Shown: positions 1 to 9,477 of the stretch, in pieces
Position numbering within the stretch: the first letter of the stretch is position 1
How the letters are laid out: every line of letters begins with the position of its first letter
Source of the DNA: an uncultured Bacilli bacterium
GTDB lineage: Bacteria; Bacillota_I; Bacilli_A; RF39; UBA660
Direction of reading: 5' to 3'
DNA length: 64,000 bases
Assembly: GCA_934119965.1 (NCBI GenBank)
Contig: CAKOTA010000006.1
Coordinates: forward strand, 3,933 to 67,932
Made by a program: the position numbers and the translations under genes
The notes under the pieces: model-generated
Seen by the model: only the letters and a program-made list of their open reading frames with translations
Told to the model about the DNA's origin: nothing
Databases searched by the model: none

Positions 1-584
1 AACTAACTTATGGTAGATTTATTATAAATAAAAAAGAGAACAAACTATCATTATTAACTAATGTAGATGTTATAAATAATTTGAATACAATAAAAAAAGA
101 TATAGTAAAAATGAGTTATTCAATTTATTTAATTGATTTAGCTGAGCAAGTAATAAAACAAAATAAAAATGAAAATATTTATAATTTATTAATTGAAACC
201 TTGGAAAAAATAAATGACAATTTTGATCCTCTATCATTAACAAATATATTAGAACTTAAATATTTAGAATATTTAGGTGTTTTACCTATTTTAGATGGAT
301 GTGCTATATGTGGTTCTAAAACAAACATAGTTACACTGTCAGGTAATAGTGGAGGATATATTTGTAAAAATTGTAGAACAAATGAAAAGCAAGTAAATGA
401 AAAAACAATTAAACTAGTTAGAATGTTTTATTATGTTGATATAAAAAAAATCGATAAACTTGAAATAAGTGAAGAAATAAAAAGAGAAATTAATACTTTT
501 TTGGAAAACTATTATGATAGATATACAGGATTGTATTTGAAAAGTAAACATTTTTTAAAGGATGTGATTTATGGAAAGTTATAA
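1..584 (+). CDS. recO: DNA repair protein RecO, C-terminal part (5' end is upstream of the window)
   Basis: The frame is open from base 3 with no stop, so the track start at 81 is internal. It has a CxxC...CxxC zinc finger (CAICGSK...CKNC) in a RecO-like context. Confidence 0.7.
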   Translation, partial: LTYGRFIINKKENKLSLLTNVDVINNLNTIKKDIVKMSYSIYLIDLAEQVIKQNKNENIYNLLIETLEKINDNFDPLSLTNILELKYLEYLGVLPILDGCAICGSKTNIVTLSGNSGGYICKNCRTNEKQVNEKTIKLVRMFYYVDIKKIDKLEISEEIKREINTFLENYYDRYTGLYLKSKHFLKDVIYGKL

Positions 585-1008
585 ATATATTATTTGTCCT
601 TTTACAGCACTTATAATATGTCAAATTATTAAATTTTTAGTTGAAACAATTACGACAAAAAAAGTTAATGTTTTAAGATTGTTTAATGGTTCAGGTGGGA
701 TGCCTAGTTCACATACAACTTTTTCTGTTTCATTAACAATGATTATAGGATATGAATTAGGATTTGATACGCCAATATTTGCTATTGCTTTAATATTTAC
801 TTGTATTACTTCATATGATGCTTTAGGGGTAAGATATGAAAGTGGAAAACAAGCAGAAGCTATTAATAAAATAAGAGAGGAACTATCTAAAGGAAATAGT
901 AAAAAGGCTTTTAAAAAATTGAAAGAACAACTCGGACATCAACCATTAGAGGTTTTAGTAGGTGGTTTATTAGGTGTGATAGTGGCTTCAATCTTCACTC
1001 TAGTATAA
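571..1008 (+). CDS. Divergent PAP2 / DUF212 (YuiD-like) membrane protein
   Basis: GGMPSSHT and YDALGVRYESGKQAE motifs in a 145-aa multi-TM protein. It overlaps the recO stop, suggesting translational coupling. Confidence 0.65.
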   Translation: MESYKYIICPFTALIICQIIKFLVETITTKKVNVLRLFNGSGGMPSSHTTFSVSLTMIIGYELGFDTPIFAIALIFTCITSYDALGVRYESGKQAEAINKIREELSKGNSKKAFKKLKEQLGHQPLEVLVGGLLGVIVASIFTLV

Positions 1009-1077
1009 ATTTGTAAAAAATATAAAAAACTATTTTATATTTTTTTTAATTGTGTTAAAATGAATGTAGGTGATAAT

Positions 1078-1623
1078 ATGATTACACTTGAGAATATAAA
1101 AGGGACTTTAGATAGAAATAGTAAATTAACTGATGAATTGAGAGATAATTTATATGGATTAATAGATATTTTTATTAAAAGATTTCCAGATGTAAGTTTA
1201 GAAAATTTAAATAGAAATCTTGAAACATTACAAATAATTAAATCAAATAAATTTATAAATAAAAGGGTATCTAAATATAATCCAGTAACTAATATTCTTG
1301 AATTTAATGTAGATAGAATAAATGAAGATTATGATATGAAACATGTTATGATGCATGAATTATTAAATATCATAACTAATAATGGTGAATATTGTGGGTT
1401 TAATAAAAATAATAAATTTGTTGCTCTTAATGAAGGTTATGCTGAAATAATAACAAATTATTTAGTAGGTAATGAAAGTGATAATGAATACTTAAAAGAT
1501 GAAATTATAACTACTAATATGATAGCACTTATGATTGGTAATGATGTCTTATATGATGCATTCTTTAATAATAATGTAGAGATATTAGTAAAAAACTTAA
1601 TTAATGAGGGAGTTGAGGTATAA
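1078..1623 (+). CDS. Hypothetical protein
   Basis: Long ORF. The ATG at 1078 follows GTAGGTGA; the track start at 1060 is also possible. No recognisable motif (HELLN is not HExxH). Confidence 0.45.
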   Translation: MITLENIKGTLDRNSKLTDELRDNLYGLIDIFIKRFPDVSLENLNRNLETLQIIKSNKFINKRVSKYNPVTNILEFNVDRINEDYDMKHVMMHELLNIITNNGEYCGFNKNNKFVALNEGYAEIITNYLVGNESDNEYLKDEIITTNMIALMIGNDVLYDAFFNNNVEILVKNLINEGVEV

Positions 1624-1844
1624 TGTCACCAATACAAAATGCTAATTACAATCACGAAAATTCAGGTGTTAAATTACCTGTTGATGAATTACTAGTTAGT
1701 TCTTGTAATTATGGAAAAATGACTGTTGAACAACAAGAACAATATAAATTATGGGCTAGTATGAGTAGAGAAAATGCAAACAATAAATTAGTTCAATTAA
1801 TAGAACAAGAAATAATGAATAAAAAAATGAATAATATAAAATAG
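1623..1844 (+). CDS. Hypothetical small protein (73 aa)
   Basis: The ORF overlaps the upstream stop (TAATG). No motif recognised. Confidence 0.35.
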   Translation: MSPIQNANYNHENSGVKLPVDELLVSSCNYGKMTVEQQEQYKLWASMSRENANNKLVQLIEQEIMNKKMNNIK

Positions 1845-1911
1845 CTATATAGCTTTTTTTTAATGTTTAATTTATCTTGAATGATTGATTAAAATATGAT
1901 ACTATGTATAT

Positions 1912-2028
1912 AGATGAGTGATACTCATATAATAAAAAAGGATATATCTAATTGCTCAAAGAGTTAGATACATTCCAAGTTTTTTTGAAAAGCACTATCC
2001 CCCTGTGATAGTGCATATTTTATTATTT
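1912..2028 (+). ncRNA. Candidate antitoxin sRNA (copy 1), ~115 nt, convergent with and overlapping the 3' end of the toxin mRNA
   Basis: Promoter is TTGAAT (1877-1882), a 17-nt spacer, then TGaTACTAT (1897-1905). Two internal hairpins are ATGAGT/ACTCAT and TATCTAA/TTAGATA. The intrinsic terminator GCACTATC-CCCCTGT-GATAGTGC (1992-2014) is followed by a T-rich tract. Ends are approximate. Confidence 0.55.
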
Positions 2029-2100
2029 ATACAATAATGTAATTATTATAAAAAATAATAGGAGTATTATTAAAAATAAAGATTTTTCTCTTTCTTTCAC
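2023..2100 (-). CDS. Candidate type I toxin, 25-aa hydrophobic peptide (copy 1): MKEREKSLFLIILLLFFIIITLLYK
   Basis: GTG start lies 4 nt after AGAAGGAGGTGG. There is a charged N-terminus, then an uninterrupted hydrophobic helix and a C-terminal YK. The ORF is conserved in all three repeat units. Confidence 0.6.
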   Translation of the reverse strand: MKEREKSLFLIILLLFFIIITLLYK

Positions 2101-2259
2101 AATACCACCTCCTTCTTTGAAGAAGGAATGCACTAACACCAATTAAATATATCGATTAATATTTTACTATAAATTTAATTATTTTTATCTAGTTTTTAAC
2201 ATACAAATTCCGACAAAAATCATCTTGAATGATTAATTAAAATGTGATATCATGTATAT

Positions 2260-2373
2260 AGATGAGTGATACTCATATAATAAAAAAGGATATATCTAAT
2301 TGCTCAAAGAGTTAGATACATTCCAAAGTGTTTTGGTTTGCACTATCCCCCCTGTGATAGTGCTTATTTTATT
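2260..2373 (+). ncRNA. Candidate antitoxin sRNA (copy 2)
   Basis: Promoter is TTGAAT (2225-2230), a 17-nt spacer, then TGaTATCAT (2245-2253). The same hairpins and terminator are present (2340-2363 plus T tract). Confidence 0.55.
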
Positions 2374-2449
2374 ATCTATACAATAATGTAATTATTATAA
2401 AAAATAATAGAAGTATTATTAAAAATAAAGATTTTTCTCTTTCTTTCAC
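2372..2449 (-). CDS. Candidate type I toxin peptide (copy 2), ends ...LLYR
   Basis: Same ORF as copy 1. The only differences are one synonymous change (CTC to CTT) and a conservative K to R at the last residue, consistent with selection on the peptide. Confidence 0.6.
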   Translation of the reverse strand: MKEREKSLFLIILLLFFIIITLLYR

Positions 2450-2608
2450 AATACCACCTCCTTCTTTTAAGAAGGAATGCACTAACACCAATTAAATATA
2501 TCGATTAATATTTTACTATAAATTTAATTATTTTTATCTAGTTTTTAACATACAAATTCCGACAAAAATCATCTTGAATGATTAATTAAAGTGTGATATT
2601 ATGTATAT

Positions 2609-2724
2609 AGATGAGTGATACTCATATAATAAAAAAGGATATATCTAATTGTTCAAAGAGTTAGATACATTCCTAGGTTTGTTTAGGAAAGCACTATCCC
2701 CCCTGTGATAGTGCTTATTTTATT
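2609..2724 (+). ncRNA. Candidate antitoxin sRNA (copy 3)
   Basis: Promoter is TTGAAT (2574-2579), a 17-nt spacer, then TGaTATTAT (2594-2602). The terminator is at 2691-2714 plus T tract. Confidence 0.55.
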
Positions 2725-2800
2725 ATCTATACAATAATGTAATTATTATAAAAAATAATAGGAGTATTATTAAAAATAAAGATTTTTCTCTTTCTTTCAC
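2723..2800 (-). CDS. Candidate type I toxin peptide (copy 3), ends ...LLYR
   Basis: Same ORF, RBS and start as copies 1 and 2. Confidence 0.6.
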   Translation of the reverse strand: MKEREKSLFLIILLLFFIIITLLYR

Positions 2801-2995
2801 AATACCACCTCCTTCTTTGAAGAAGGAATGCACTAACACCAATTAAATATATCGGTTAATATTCTACTATAAATTTAATTATTTTTATCTAGTTTTTAAC
2901 ATACAAATTCCGACAAAAACCAATGAATAGGTTTAACTATAAATAAATATAGTTATTTTTTTTAAAATATGGTATAATTTTGGAAGGTGATTAAA

Positions 2996-4642
2996 ATGGA
3001 TGAAAGAAAACAATTAGCAAACCTAATATTTCCAAATATTGATAAAACAATAGAAGATTATAAAAAAATGTATCCTGAAAGAAATATAGAAGGTAGTGTT
3101 ACAAGATTTGCACCTTCTCCTACAGGTTATATGCATTTAGGTGGATTTTATCAAGCAATAATAGACTATGTAATTGCTAAAAACACAAATGGAATATTTT
3201 ACTTAAGAAATGAAGATACTGATCAAAAAAGAGAAGTAGAATCTGCGGTAGAATTAATTATGTCTACACTAAAACACTATGATGTAATACCTAGTGAATA
3301 CGAATATGAAGGAAAAATAATAGGAGAATATGGGCCTTATATTCAAAGTGAAAGAAAAGAAATTTATCATACTTTTATTAAATATTTAATTGAAATTGAT
3401 AGAGCCTATCCTTGCTTCTGTTCAAAAGAAGAATTAGATGAAATAAGAGAAACTCAAGAGGGCGGTAAAAAAAGAACCGGTTATTATGGAAGATATGCTA
3501 AATGTAGAAGATTATCAACTAATGAAATGATTGAGAGAGTAAAAAAAGGAGAACCTTATGTTATTAGATTTAAATCATTAGGTAACTTTGAAGAAAAATT
3601 TAACTTTGATGATTTAGTAAGAGGAACAATCCAACTTCCACAAAATGATCAAGATATAGTTATTATGAAATCAGATAATAAACTTCCAACATATCATTTT
3701 GCTCATATAGTTGATGACTATTTAATGCATACAACTCATGTTGTAAGAGGAGAAGAATGGTTACCTTCAGTACCAATTCATATTGAATTATTTGAAGCTT
3801 TTGGATTTACTCCTCCAAAATATGTTCATACACCTTTAATTGTAAAAAAAGAAGGAAATAGTGTAAGAAAAATAAGTAAAAGAAAAGATCCTGAAGCAAG
3901 TATGAGTTATTATGATGAGTTAGGCTATCCAAAAGAAGCAGTAATTGAATCATTGATGACAATTATCAATTCAAACTATGAAGAATGGCATAGTGCTAAC
4001 CCAGACAAAAAATTTACAGAATTTGAATTTAATCCTAAAAAAATGAGTGCTACAGGTGGTGCTTTATATGATATCGAAAAATTAAATAATATTTCTAAAA
4101 ATATCATTAGTAGATTTAGCGCTGAAAAAGTTTTCGATGAATTAAATGAATGGACTAAAAAATATGATTTAGAATTCAATAAATTAATAAATAAAAATAA
4201 AGAATATACAATAAATATTTTAAACATTGAAAGAGTTCAAAATAAACCAAGAAAAGATTATGAAAATTATTCGTGTATCAAAGATAAAATATGGTATATG
4301 TATGATGAATTATATACACCAAATGAATATGAATTTCAAAAAATAACTGATAAAAATGAATTAAAAAATATATTTGATAATTACTTGGAAATATATAGTG
4401 AATCAGATGATAAAGAAACTTGGTTTAATAAAATAAAAGAATTATGTGATAAATTAGGTTATGCTTCTGATATGAAAGCTTACAAACAAAATCCCGATAA
4501 TTTTAAAGGAAATGTAGCTGATATATCAACTGCTATCAGAGTAGGGGTTACATCTAAATCACAAACACCTGATTTATATGAAATATTAAAACTATTAAGT
4601 TATGACAAAATAAAAGTTAGATTTGAAAAAGCTATACAATAA
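2996..4642 (+). CDS. gltX: Glutamate--tRNA ligase
   Basis: Class I motifs: PSPTGYMHLGG (HIGH-like) and KISKRK (KMSKS-like). The ATG at 2996 follows GGAAGGTGA, and a TGgTATAAT promoter lies at about 2969. Confidence 0.85.
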   Translation: MDERKQLANLIFPNIDKTIEDYKKMYPERNIEGSVTRFAPSPTGYMHLGGFYQAIIDYVIAKNTNGIFYLRNEDTDQKREVESAVELIMSTLKHYDVIPSEYEYEGKIIGEYGPYIQSERKEIYHTFIKYLIEIDRAYPCFCSKEELDEIRETQEGGKKRTGYYGRYAKCRRLSTNEMIERVKKGEPYVIRFKSLGNFEEKFNFDDLVRGTIQLPQNDQDIVIMKSDNKLPTYHFAHIVDDYLMHTTHVVRGEEWLPSVPIHIELFEAFGFTPPKYVHTPLIVKKEGNSVRKISKRKDPEASMSYYDELGYPKEAVIESLMTIINSNYEEWHSANPDKKFTEFEFNPKKMSATGGALYDIEKLNNISKNIISRFSAEKVFDELNEWTKKYDLEFNKLINKNKEYTINILNIERVQNKPRKDYENYSCIKDKIWYMYDELYTPNEYEFQKITDKNELKNIFDNYLEIYSESDDKETWFNKIKELCDKLGYASDMKAYKQNPDNFKGNVADISTAIRVGVTSKSQTPDLYEILKLLSYDKIKVRFEKAIQ

Positions 4643-4760
4643 AGTATAGTTTTTTTGAATAAATGATTAACTTTATTAACAATATATAATGTAAAGTAAA
4701 ATTACTTTCCTTGATTATATTGGCAATATATAGTAAAATTATTATGAGGATGTGTATAAA

Positions 4761-6140
4761 ATGATTGATATACAAAGTGATTCAAGAAAAATTAAACAAG
4801 GTGATACTTTTATTGCTCTAAGAGGAATTAGTAGCGATGGACACGATTACATTTATAAAGCAATTGAAAATGGTGCTACTAAAATAATTGCTGAAGAGGG
4901 TAATTATCCTGTTGAAACAATAATAGTACCAGACACAAGAATATATTTAAATGAATATTTAGCAGGACATTATAATTCTAAAATAAGTGAAATGAATATT
5001 ATAGCTATAACGGGAACAAATGGTAAAACAACAACTGCTAAGTTAATTCACGATAGTTTAAATATGTTAGGATCTAAAACTGCTTATATCGGAACAATTG
5101 GTTTTTATATGGGTGAAAAAGTTTGTAGTCTTCCTAATACAACTGTTGACATTTGTGATACATATGATTTATTAATGAAAGCTTATGATGCTGGATGTAA
5201 TAATGTTGTAATGGAAATAAGTAGTCATGCTGCAAGTATGGGAAGAATTGAAACTTTAGAATTTGATTATGCGATATTTACTAATCTAACTCAAGATCAT
5301 TTAGATTATCATAAAACAATGGGAAATTATGCGTTAGCAAAACAAAAAGTATTCGAAAAACTAAAATATGGTGGGACTGCTATCATTAATAATGATGATA
5401 AATATAAAGAATATTTCTTATTAGATAAAAATAAAAATATTACTTATGGATTTAATGAAGCCGATTATCAAGTTTTAGATTATGCTATGACATATGATAG
5501 TTCTTTATTTACTTATAAACATAATGAAGAAAACTATCAAATTCATTCATTATTACTTGGAAAATACAATATATATAATGTTTTAGCTGTTATATCTTTA
5601 TTATCTGAAATGGGTGTAAAATATGAACAAATTCATGAAGTAATTTGTAAATTAAAAGCCCCAGTCGGAAGAATGGAAATTATAAGACATAATAATAACA
5701 TTATAGTAATTGATTACGCTCATACACCTGATGCTATTGAAAAAGTTATAAATGCTGTAAAGGAAATAACTGATGGTGATATTTATGTTGTATTTGGTTG
5801 TACTGGAGATAGAGATAGAATTAAAAGACCTATTATGACTGATATAGTAGCTAAAGCAAGTAAATATTTTATCATTACTAATGATGATCCTCATTATGAA
5901 GAACCAGCTGAAATAGTTGATGATATGGTTAAAGATTTAGAATTGAACAATTATGAGGTATTGTTAGATAGGGAAGAAGCTATAGTTAAAGGTATATCTT
6001 TATTAAAAGAAAAAGATGCTTTGTTAATATTAGGAAAAGGTCATGAAGAATTTATGATTATTAAAGACAAAAAAGTTCCATTTAATGACCGAAAAGTAGT
6101 AGAAAATACTTTATCTGCTTTGAAAGTAGGTGAAGAATAA
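4761..6140 (+). CDS. murE: UDP-MurNAc-L-Ala-D-Glu:diamino acid ligase MurE
   Basis: Mur ligase P-loop GTNGKTTT and MurE-like layout. The position of the DNPR motif reads DDPH. Confidence 0.85.
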   Translation: MIDIQSDSRKIKQGDTFIALRGISSDGHDYIYKAIENGATKIIAEEGNYPVETIIVPDTRIYLNEYLAGHYNSKISEMNIIAITGTNGKTTTAKLIHDSLNMLGSKTAYIGTIGFYMGEKVCSLPNTTVDICDTYDLLMKAYDAGCNNVVMEISSHAASMGRIETLEFDYAIFTNLTQDHLDYHKTMGNYALAKQKVFEKLKYGGTAIINNDDKYKEYFLLDKNKNITYGFNEADYQVLDYAMTYDSSLFTYKHNEENYQIHSLLLGKYNIYNVLAVISLLSEMGVKYEQIHEVICKLKAPVGRMEIIRHNNNIIVIDYAHTPDAIEKVINAVKEITDGDIYVVFGCTGDRDRIKRPIMTDIVAKASKYFIITNDDPHYEEPAEIVDDMVKDLELNNYEVLLDREEAIVKGISLLKEKDALLILGKGHEEFMIIKDKKVPFNDRKVVENTLSALKVGEE

Positions 6141-7132
6141 TGTTAGTTTTAGCTAAGGCTATGTTATCATTGATGATTGGATTTGTTTTATCAATCATTT
6201 TGGGATTAGTTTTAATACCTTTTTTGAAAAGAATAAAGGCTAAGCAAAGTATAAGCATATTTTTAAGAAATAAGCATAAAGAAAAAGAAGGAACTCCTAC
6301 TATGGGAGGTATAATCTTTATTCTTTCTACAATTTTAACGATGATTTTATTAATTGTAACGAAAAAAATAGAATATTCTAGTAATTTATTTTTGATTATG
6401 TTTGTTTTCGTGGCATATGGAATACTAGGATTTATTGATGATTATTTAATTATTAAGAGAAGAAATAATATAGGACTTACAGAAATTCAAAAACTATTTG
6501 GTCAATTAGTTATTGCTCTTGTATTTTTCTTTATTTATATGAAAGCAGGGCACAGTTCTGTATTTGAAATTCATACTTTAAATATTAGTATTGATTTAAA
6601 ATGGTTTTTTGGAATATTTATTTTATTTATGCTAGTAGCAAGCACAAATGCTGTAAATATTACTGATGGCTTAGATGGTTTAGCGGGAGGATTGTCCTTG
6701 ATTGCTTTTCTAGCTATGGGGTTAATTACTTGGAACACAACATGGATTACTGGTAATACTGATATAGCTATATTTTGTTTTATTTTAGTTGGTTCATTGT
6801 TAGGATTTTTATTTTTTAATACATATCCAGCTAAGATATTTATGGGTGATACTGGTAGTTTAGCTTTAGGTGGTACTTTAGCAGCTATTGCTATTCTAAC
6901 AAAACATGAAATAACTTTTATAATAATAATGGGAGTATTTATCATAGAAACATTAACTTCTATAATTCAAATGTGTTCCATTATGTTATTAGGAAAAAAA
7001 GTATTCTTGATGACACCTTTACATCATCATTTCGAAAAATTAGGAATTGATGAAAGAGATATTGTTAAATCATTTTGGGTAGTAGGATTAATTCTTGCTA
7101 TGGCAGGAATTTTATTTGCTGTATGGATTTAG
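6140..7132 (+). CDS. mraY: Phospho-N-acetylmuramoyl-pentapeptide transferase
   Basis: Polytopic membrane protein with NAVNITDGLDGLA and MGDTGSLALGG motifs. The start overlaps the murE stop. Confidence 0.9.
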   Translation: MLVLAKAMLSLMIGFVLSIILGLVLIPFLKRIKAKQSISIFLRNKHKEKEGTPTMGGIIFILSTILTMILLIVTKKIEYSSNLFLIMFVFVAYGILGFIDDYLIIKRRNNIGLTEIQKLFGQLVIALVFFFIYMKAGHSSVFEIHTLNISIDLKWFFGIFILFMLVASTNAVNITDGLDGLAGGLSLIAFLAMGLITWNTTWITGNTDIAIFCFILVGSLLGFLFFNTYPAKIFMGDTGSLALGGTLAAIAILTKHEITFIIIMGVFIIETLTSIIQMCSIMLLGKKVFLMTPLHHHFEKLGIDERDIVKSFWVVGLILAMAGILFAVWI

Positions 7133-7193
7133 AAGAGTTTTAAAAACTCTTTTTTTGTTAACTTTTCTACTTAATAGTGATATAATTAAATAG

Positions 7194-8165
7194 GTGATAA
7201 AATTGAATAAAAAAATAGTTGTTTTAGGTGGTGGGACAGGAATGTCAACATTGCTTAAAGGTTTAAAACTATTTCCAGTTGATATTACAGCAGTTGTATC
7301 AGTCTGTGACGATGGAAAAAGTACAGGAAGACTTAGAGATGAATTCAATATAATTGCAGTTGGCGATATAAGAAGAGTTTTAATTTCTTTATCAGAAACA
7401 GAACCATTAGTTGAAGAACTCCTAAATTATAGATTTGATACATCTAGTGATTTAGATGGGCATACAGTTGGTAATTTATTATTAACTGCTTTAGCAAACA
7501 TAACTGGAGATTTATCAGTTGGAATATCTTCTTTATCTAAAGTTTTTAACTTAAAAGGTAAAGTATTACCACTCACTCAAGATAATGTTGTATTAATGGG
7601 TCAAATGGAAGATGATACAATAGTAGAAGGAGAACACAATATAACAAAAAGTTATAAAAAAATTAAAAAAGTTTTCTATAAAGAAAAAGCAACAACAAAT
7701 CCGTTGGTTTTAAAAGAAATCGAAAATTCTGATATGATTATTTTGAGTATGGGAAGTCTATATACAAGTATTATTCCGAATTTACTATGTGATGATATAA
7801 GAAAAACTATCAGTAATAGTAAAGCTAAAATAATGTATATTTGTAATATGATGACACAACCCGGTGAAACAGATGATTTTAAGGCTAGTGACCATTTAAA
7901 AGTTTTAAATAGTTATTTAGATAGAAATGTTGATGCTATTATTGTTAATAGTGGTACAATATCAGAAAAAACAACAAAGGAATATGAAACACTAGAACAA
8001 AAAAATAAGGTTATTTTTGATGTAGATAATCTAAAAAATATGAATGTTGATATCATTGATAATGATTATGTCTCAACTGATAATAATATCTTAAGACATA
8101 AAGTTGATAAATTATCATTAGATATATATACTTATTTATTAAATAGAGGTGAAAGAAATGTTTGA
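7194..8165 (+). CDS. yvcK: YvcK / CofD-like gluconeogenesis-morphogenesis factor
   Basis: N-terminal VVLGGGTGMSTLLKGLK motif. A TGaTATAAT promoter lies at about 7177. The TTG at 7203 is an alternative start. Confidence 0.75.
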   Translation: MIKLNKKIVVLGGGTGMSTLLKGLKLFPVDITAVVSVCDDGKSTGRLRDEFNIIAVGDIRRVLISLSETEPLVEELLNYRFDTSSDLDGHTVGNLLLTALANITGDLSVGISSLSKVFNLKGKVLPLTQDNVVLMGQMEDDTIVEGEHNITKSYKKIKKVFYKEKATTNPLVLKEIENSDMIILSMGSLYTSIIPNLLCDDIRKTISNSKAKIMYICNMMTQPGETDDFKASDHLKVLNSYLDRNVDAIIVNSGTISEKTTKEYETLEQKNKVIFDVDNLKNMNVDIIDNDYVSTDNNILRHKVDKLSLDIYTYLLNRGERNV

Positions 8166-9477
8166 AAATAAAAAAATATTTATATTTGGTATGGCTAGAA
8201 GTGGTTATGAAGCTGCTAAATTATTGGCTAATTACAATAATGAAATAATAGTAGTAGATGGAAAAGAACAAGATAGTGAACATATAAAAGAATTGGAAAA
8301 ATTAGGAGTAAAAGTTGTAATTACAGATAATCAAATTGATTTATTAGATGATTCTTTTGATTATATGATTAAAAATCCAGGAATTAAATATAATAATCCT
8401 GTGGTTTTAAAAGCTAGAGAATTAAATATAAAGGTAATTAATGAATTAGAAATGGCTTATAGTTTTTTACCAAGAAATGTTAAAATAATTGGAGTTACTG
8501 GTTCAAATGGTAAAACAACAACTGTAACACTTATTTATGAAGTGTTAAAAGAAGCTGGAAAAAATGTTCATTTATGTGGTAATATTGGAACTCCATTATC
8601 AAGTATGATTAAAGATGTAAAAGAAAATGATATATTAGTTATAGAAATATCTGATCATCAATTATGTGATATGTATGATTTTAAAACAAATATCAGTATT
8701 TTAACTAATATTAGTGAAACACATATTGATTTTCATGACTCATATGATAGATATAAGATGATTAAAAAAAGAATATTCAACAATCATACAGAAAATGATA
8801 TTGCAATTATTAACATAAATAATAAAGAATCATTAGATTTAACAACTGATATAAAATCTAAAAAAATGTATTTTGGTAAAGATGATTTTATTAAAGATAA
8901 TAGTATCTATTATAATGATGAATTAGTAATAAATACAAATGATGTTAAATTAAAAGGCAGTCATAACTATGAAAATATTATGGCAATGATTTTGGCTGTT
9001 AAACAATTTGATGTTTCTAATGAGGCAATATATAATGTTTTAAGTACATTTAAAGGGGTAGAACATAGAATTGAATATGTTGATACTATTAATGGAAGAA
9101 TATTCTATAACGACTCAAAATCAACTAATAATAAAGCTCTAATAACTGCTTTGAACTCATTTACAACACCAACCATATTAATAATGGGAGGTTTAGATAG
9201 GGGTCAATCATTTGATGAGTTAGATGAATATATGAAAAATGTTAAATATATTATATGTTATGGTGAAACAAAAGAAAAAATTAGAGATTTTGCTGCTAAA
9301 TACAAATATAATTGTGAAGTTGTTAATAATTTAATTGAAGCCACTCATAAAGCGTATGAATTATCTAGTGAAGGGGATATAATTCTTTTATCACCTGGAT
9401 GTGCTAGTTGGGATCAATATAAGTGCTTTGAAGACAGGGGCGACGAATTTAAAGAAGAAATAAAAAAATTTAGATAA
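8158..9477 (+). CDS. murD: UDP-N-acetylmuramoylalanine--D-glutamate ligase
   Basis: N-terminal Rossmann segment (IFGMARSG) and GVTGSNGKTTT P-loop. The ATG at 8158 follows AGAGGTGA. Confidence 0.85.
   Translation: MFENKKIFIFGMARSGYEAAKLLANYNNEIIVVDGKEQDSEHIKELEKLGVKVVITDNQIDLLDDSFDYMIKNPGIKYNNPVVLKARELNIKVINELEMAYSFLPRNVKIIGVTGSNGKTTTVTLIYEVLKEAGKNVHLCGNIGTPLSSMIKDVKENDILVIEISDHQLCDMYDFKTNISILTNISETHIDFHDSYDRYKMIKKRIFNNHTENDIAIININNKESLDLTTDIKSKKMYFGKDDFIKDNSIYYNDELVINTNDVKLKGSHNYENIMAMILAVKQFDVSNEAIYNVLSTFKGVEHRIEYVDTINGRIFYNDSKSTNNKALITALNSFTTPTILIMGGLDRGQSFDELDEYMKNVKYIICYGETKEKIRDFAAKYKYNCEVVNNLIEATHKAYELSSEGDIILLSPGCASWDQYKCFEDRGDEFKEEIKKFR

Larger units (their letters stand above)
1875..2920. 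repeat. Three tandem direct repeats of ~350 bp (period 349-351 bp), each a complete small transcription module
   Basis: Read by eye: the same ~350-bp sequence recurs at offsets +349 and +700. Copies differ by a few substitutions plus one short hypervariable hairpin segment. Confidence 0.95.

Noticed and set aside
1875-2920. The 350-bp tandem repeats might be a CRISPR array, or T-box/riboswitch leaders for the downstream gltX. The minus-strand GGAGGTGGTATTGTG superficially recalls the T-box GGTGGTACC box.
   Set aside because: The unit is far too long and there is no short repeat/unique spacer alternation. Each unit has its own promoter and terminator and ends before gltX, which has its own TGgTATAAT promoter. 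The GGTGG motif is on the wrong strand for gltX and functions better as an SD for the 25-aa ORF.
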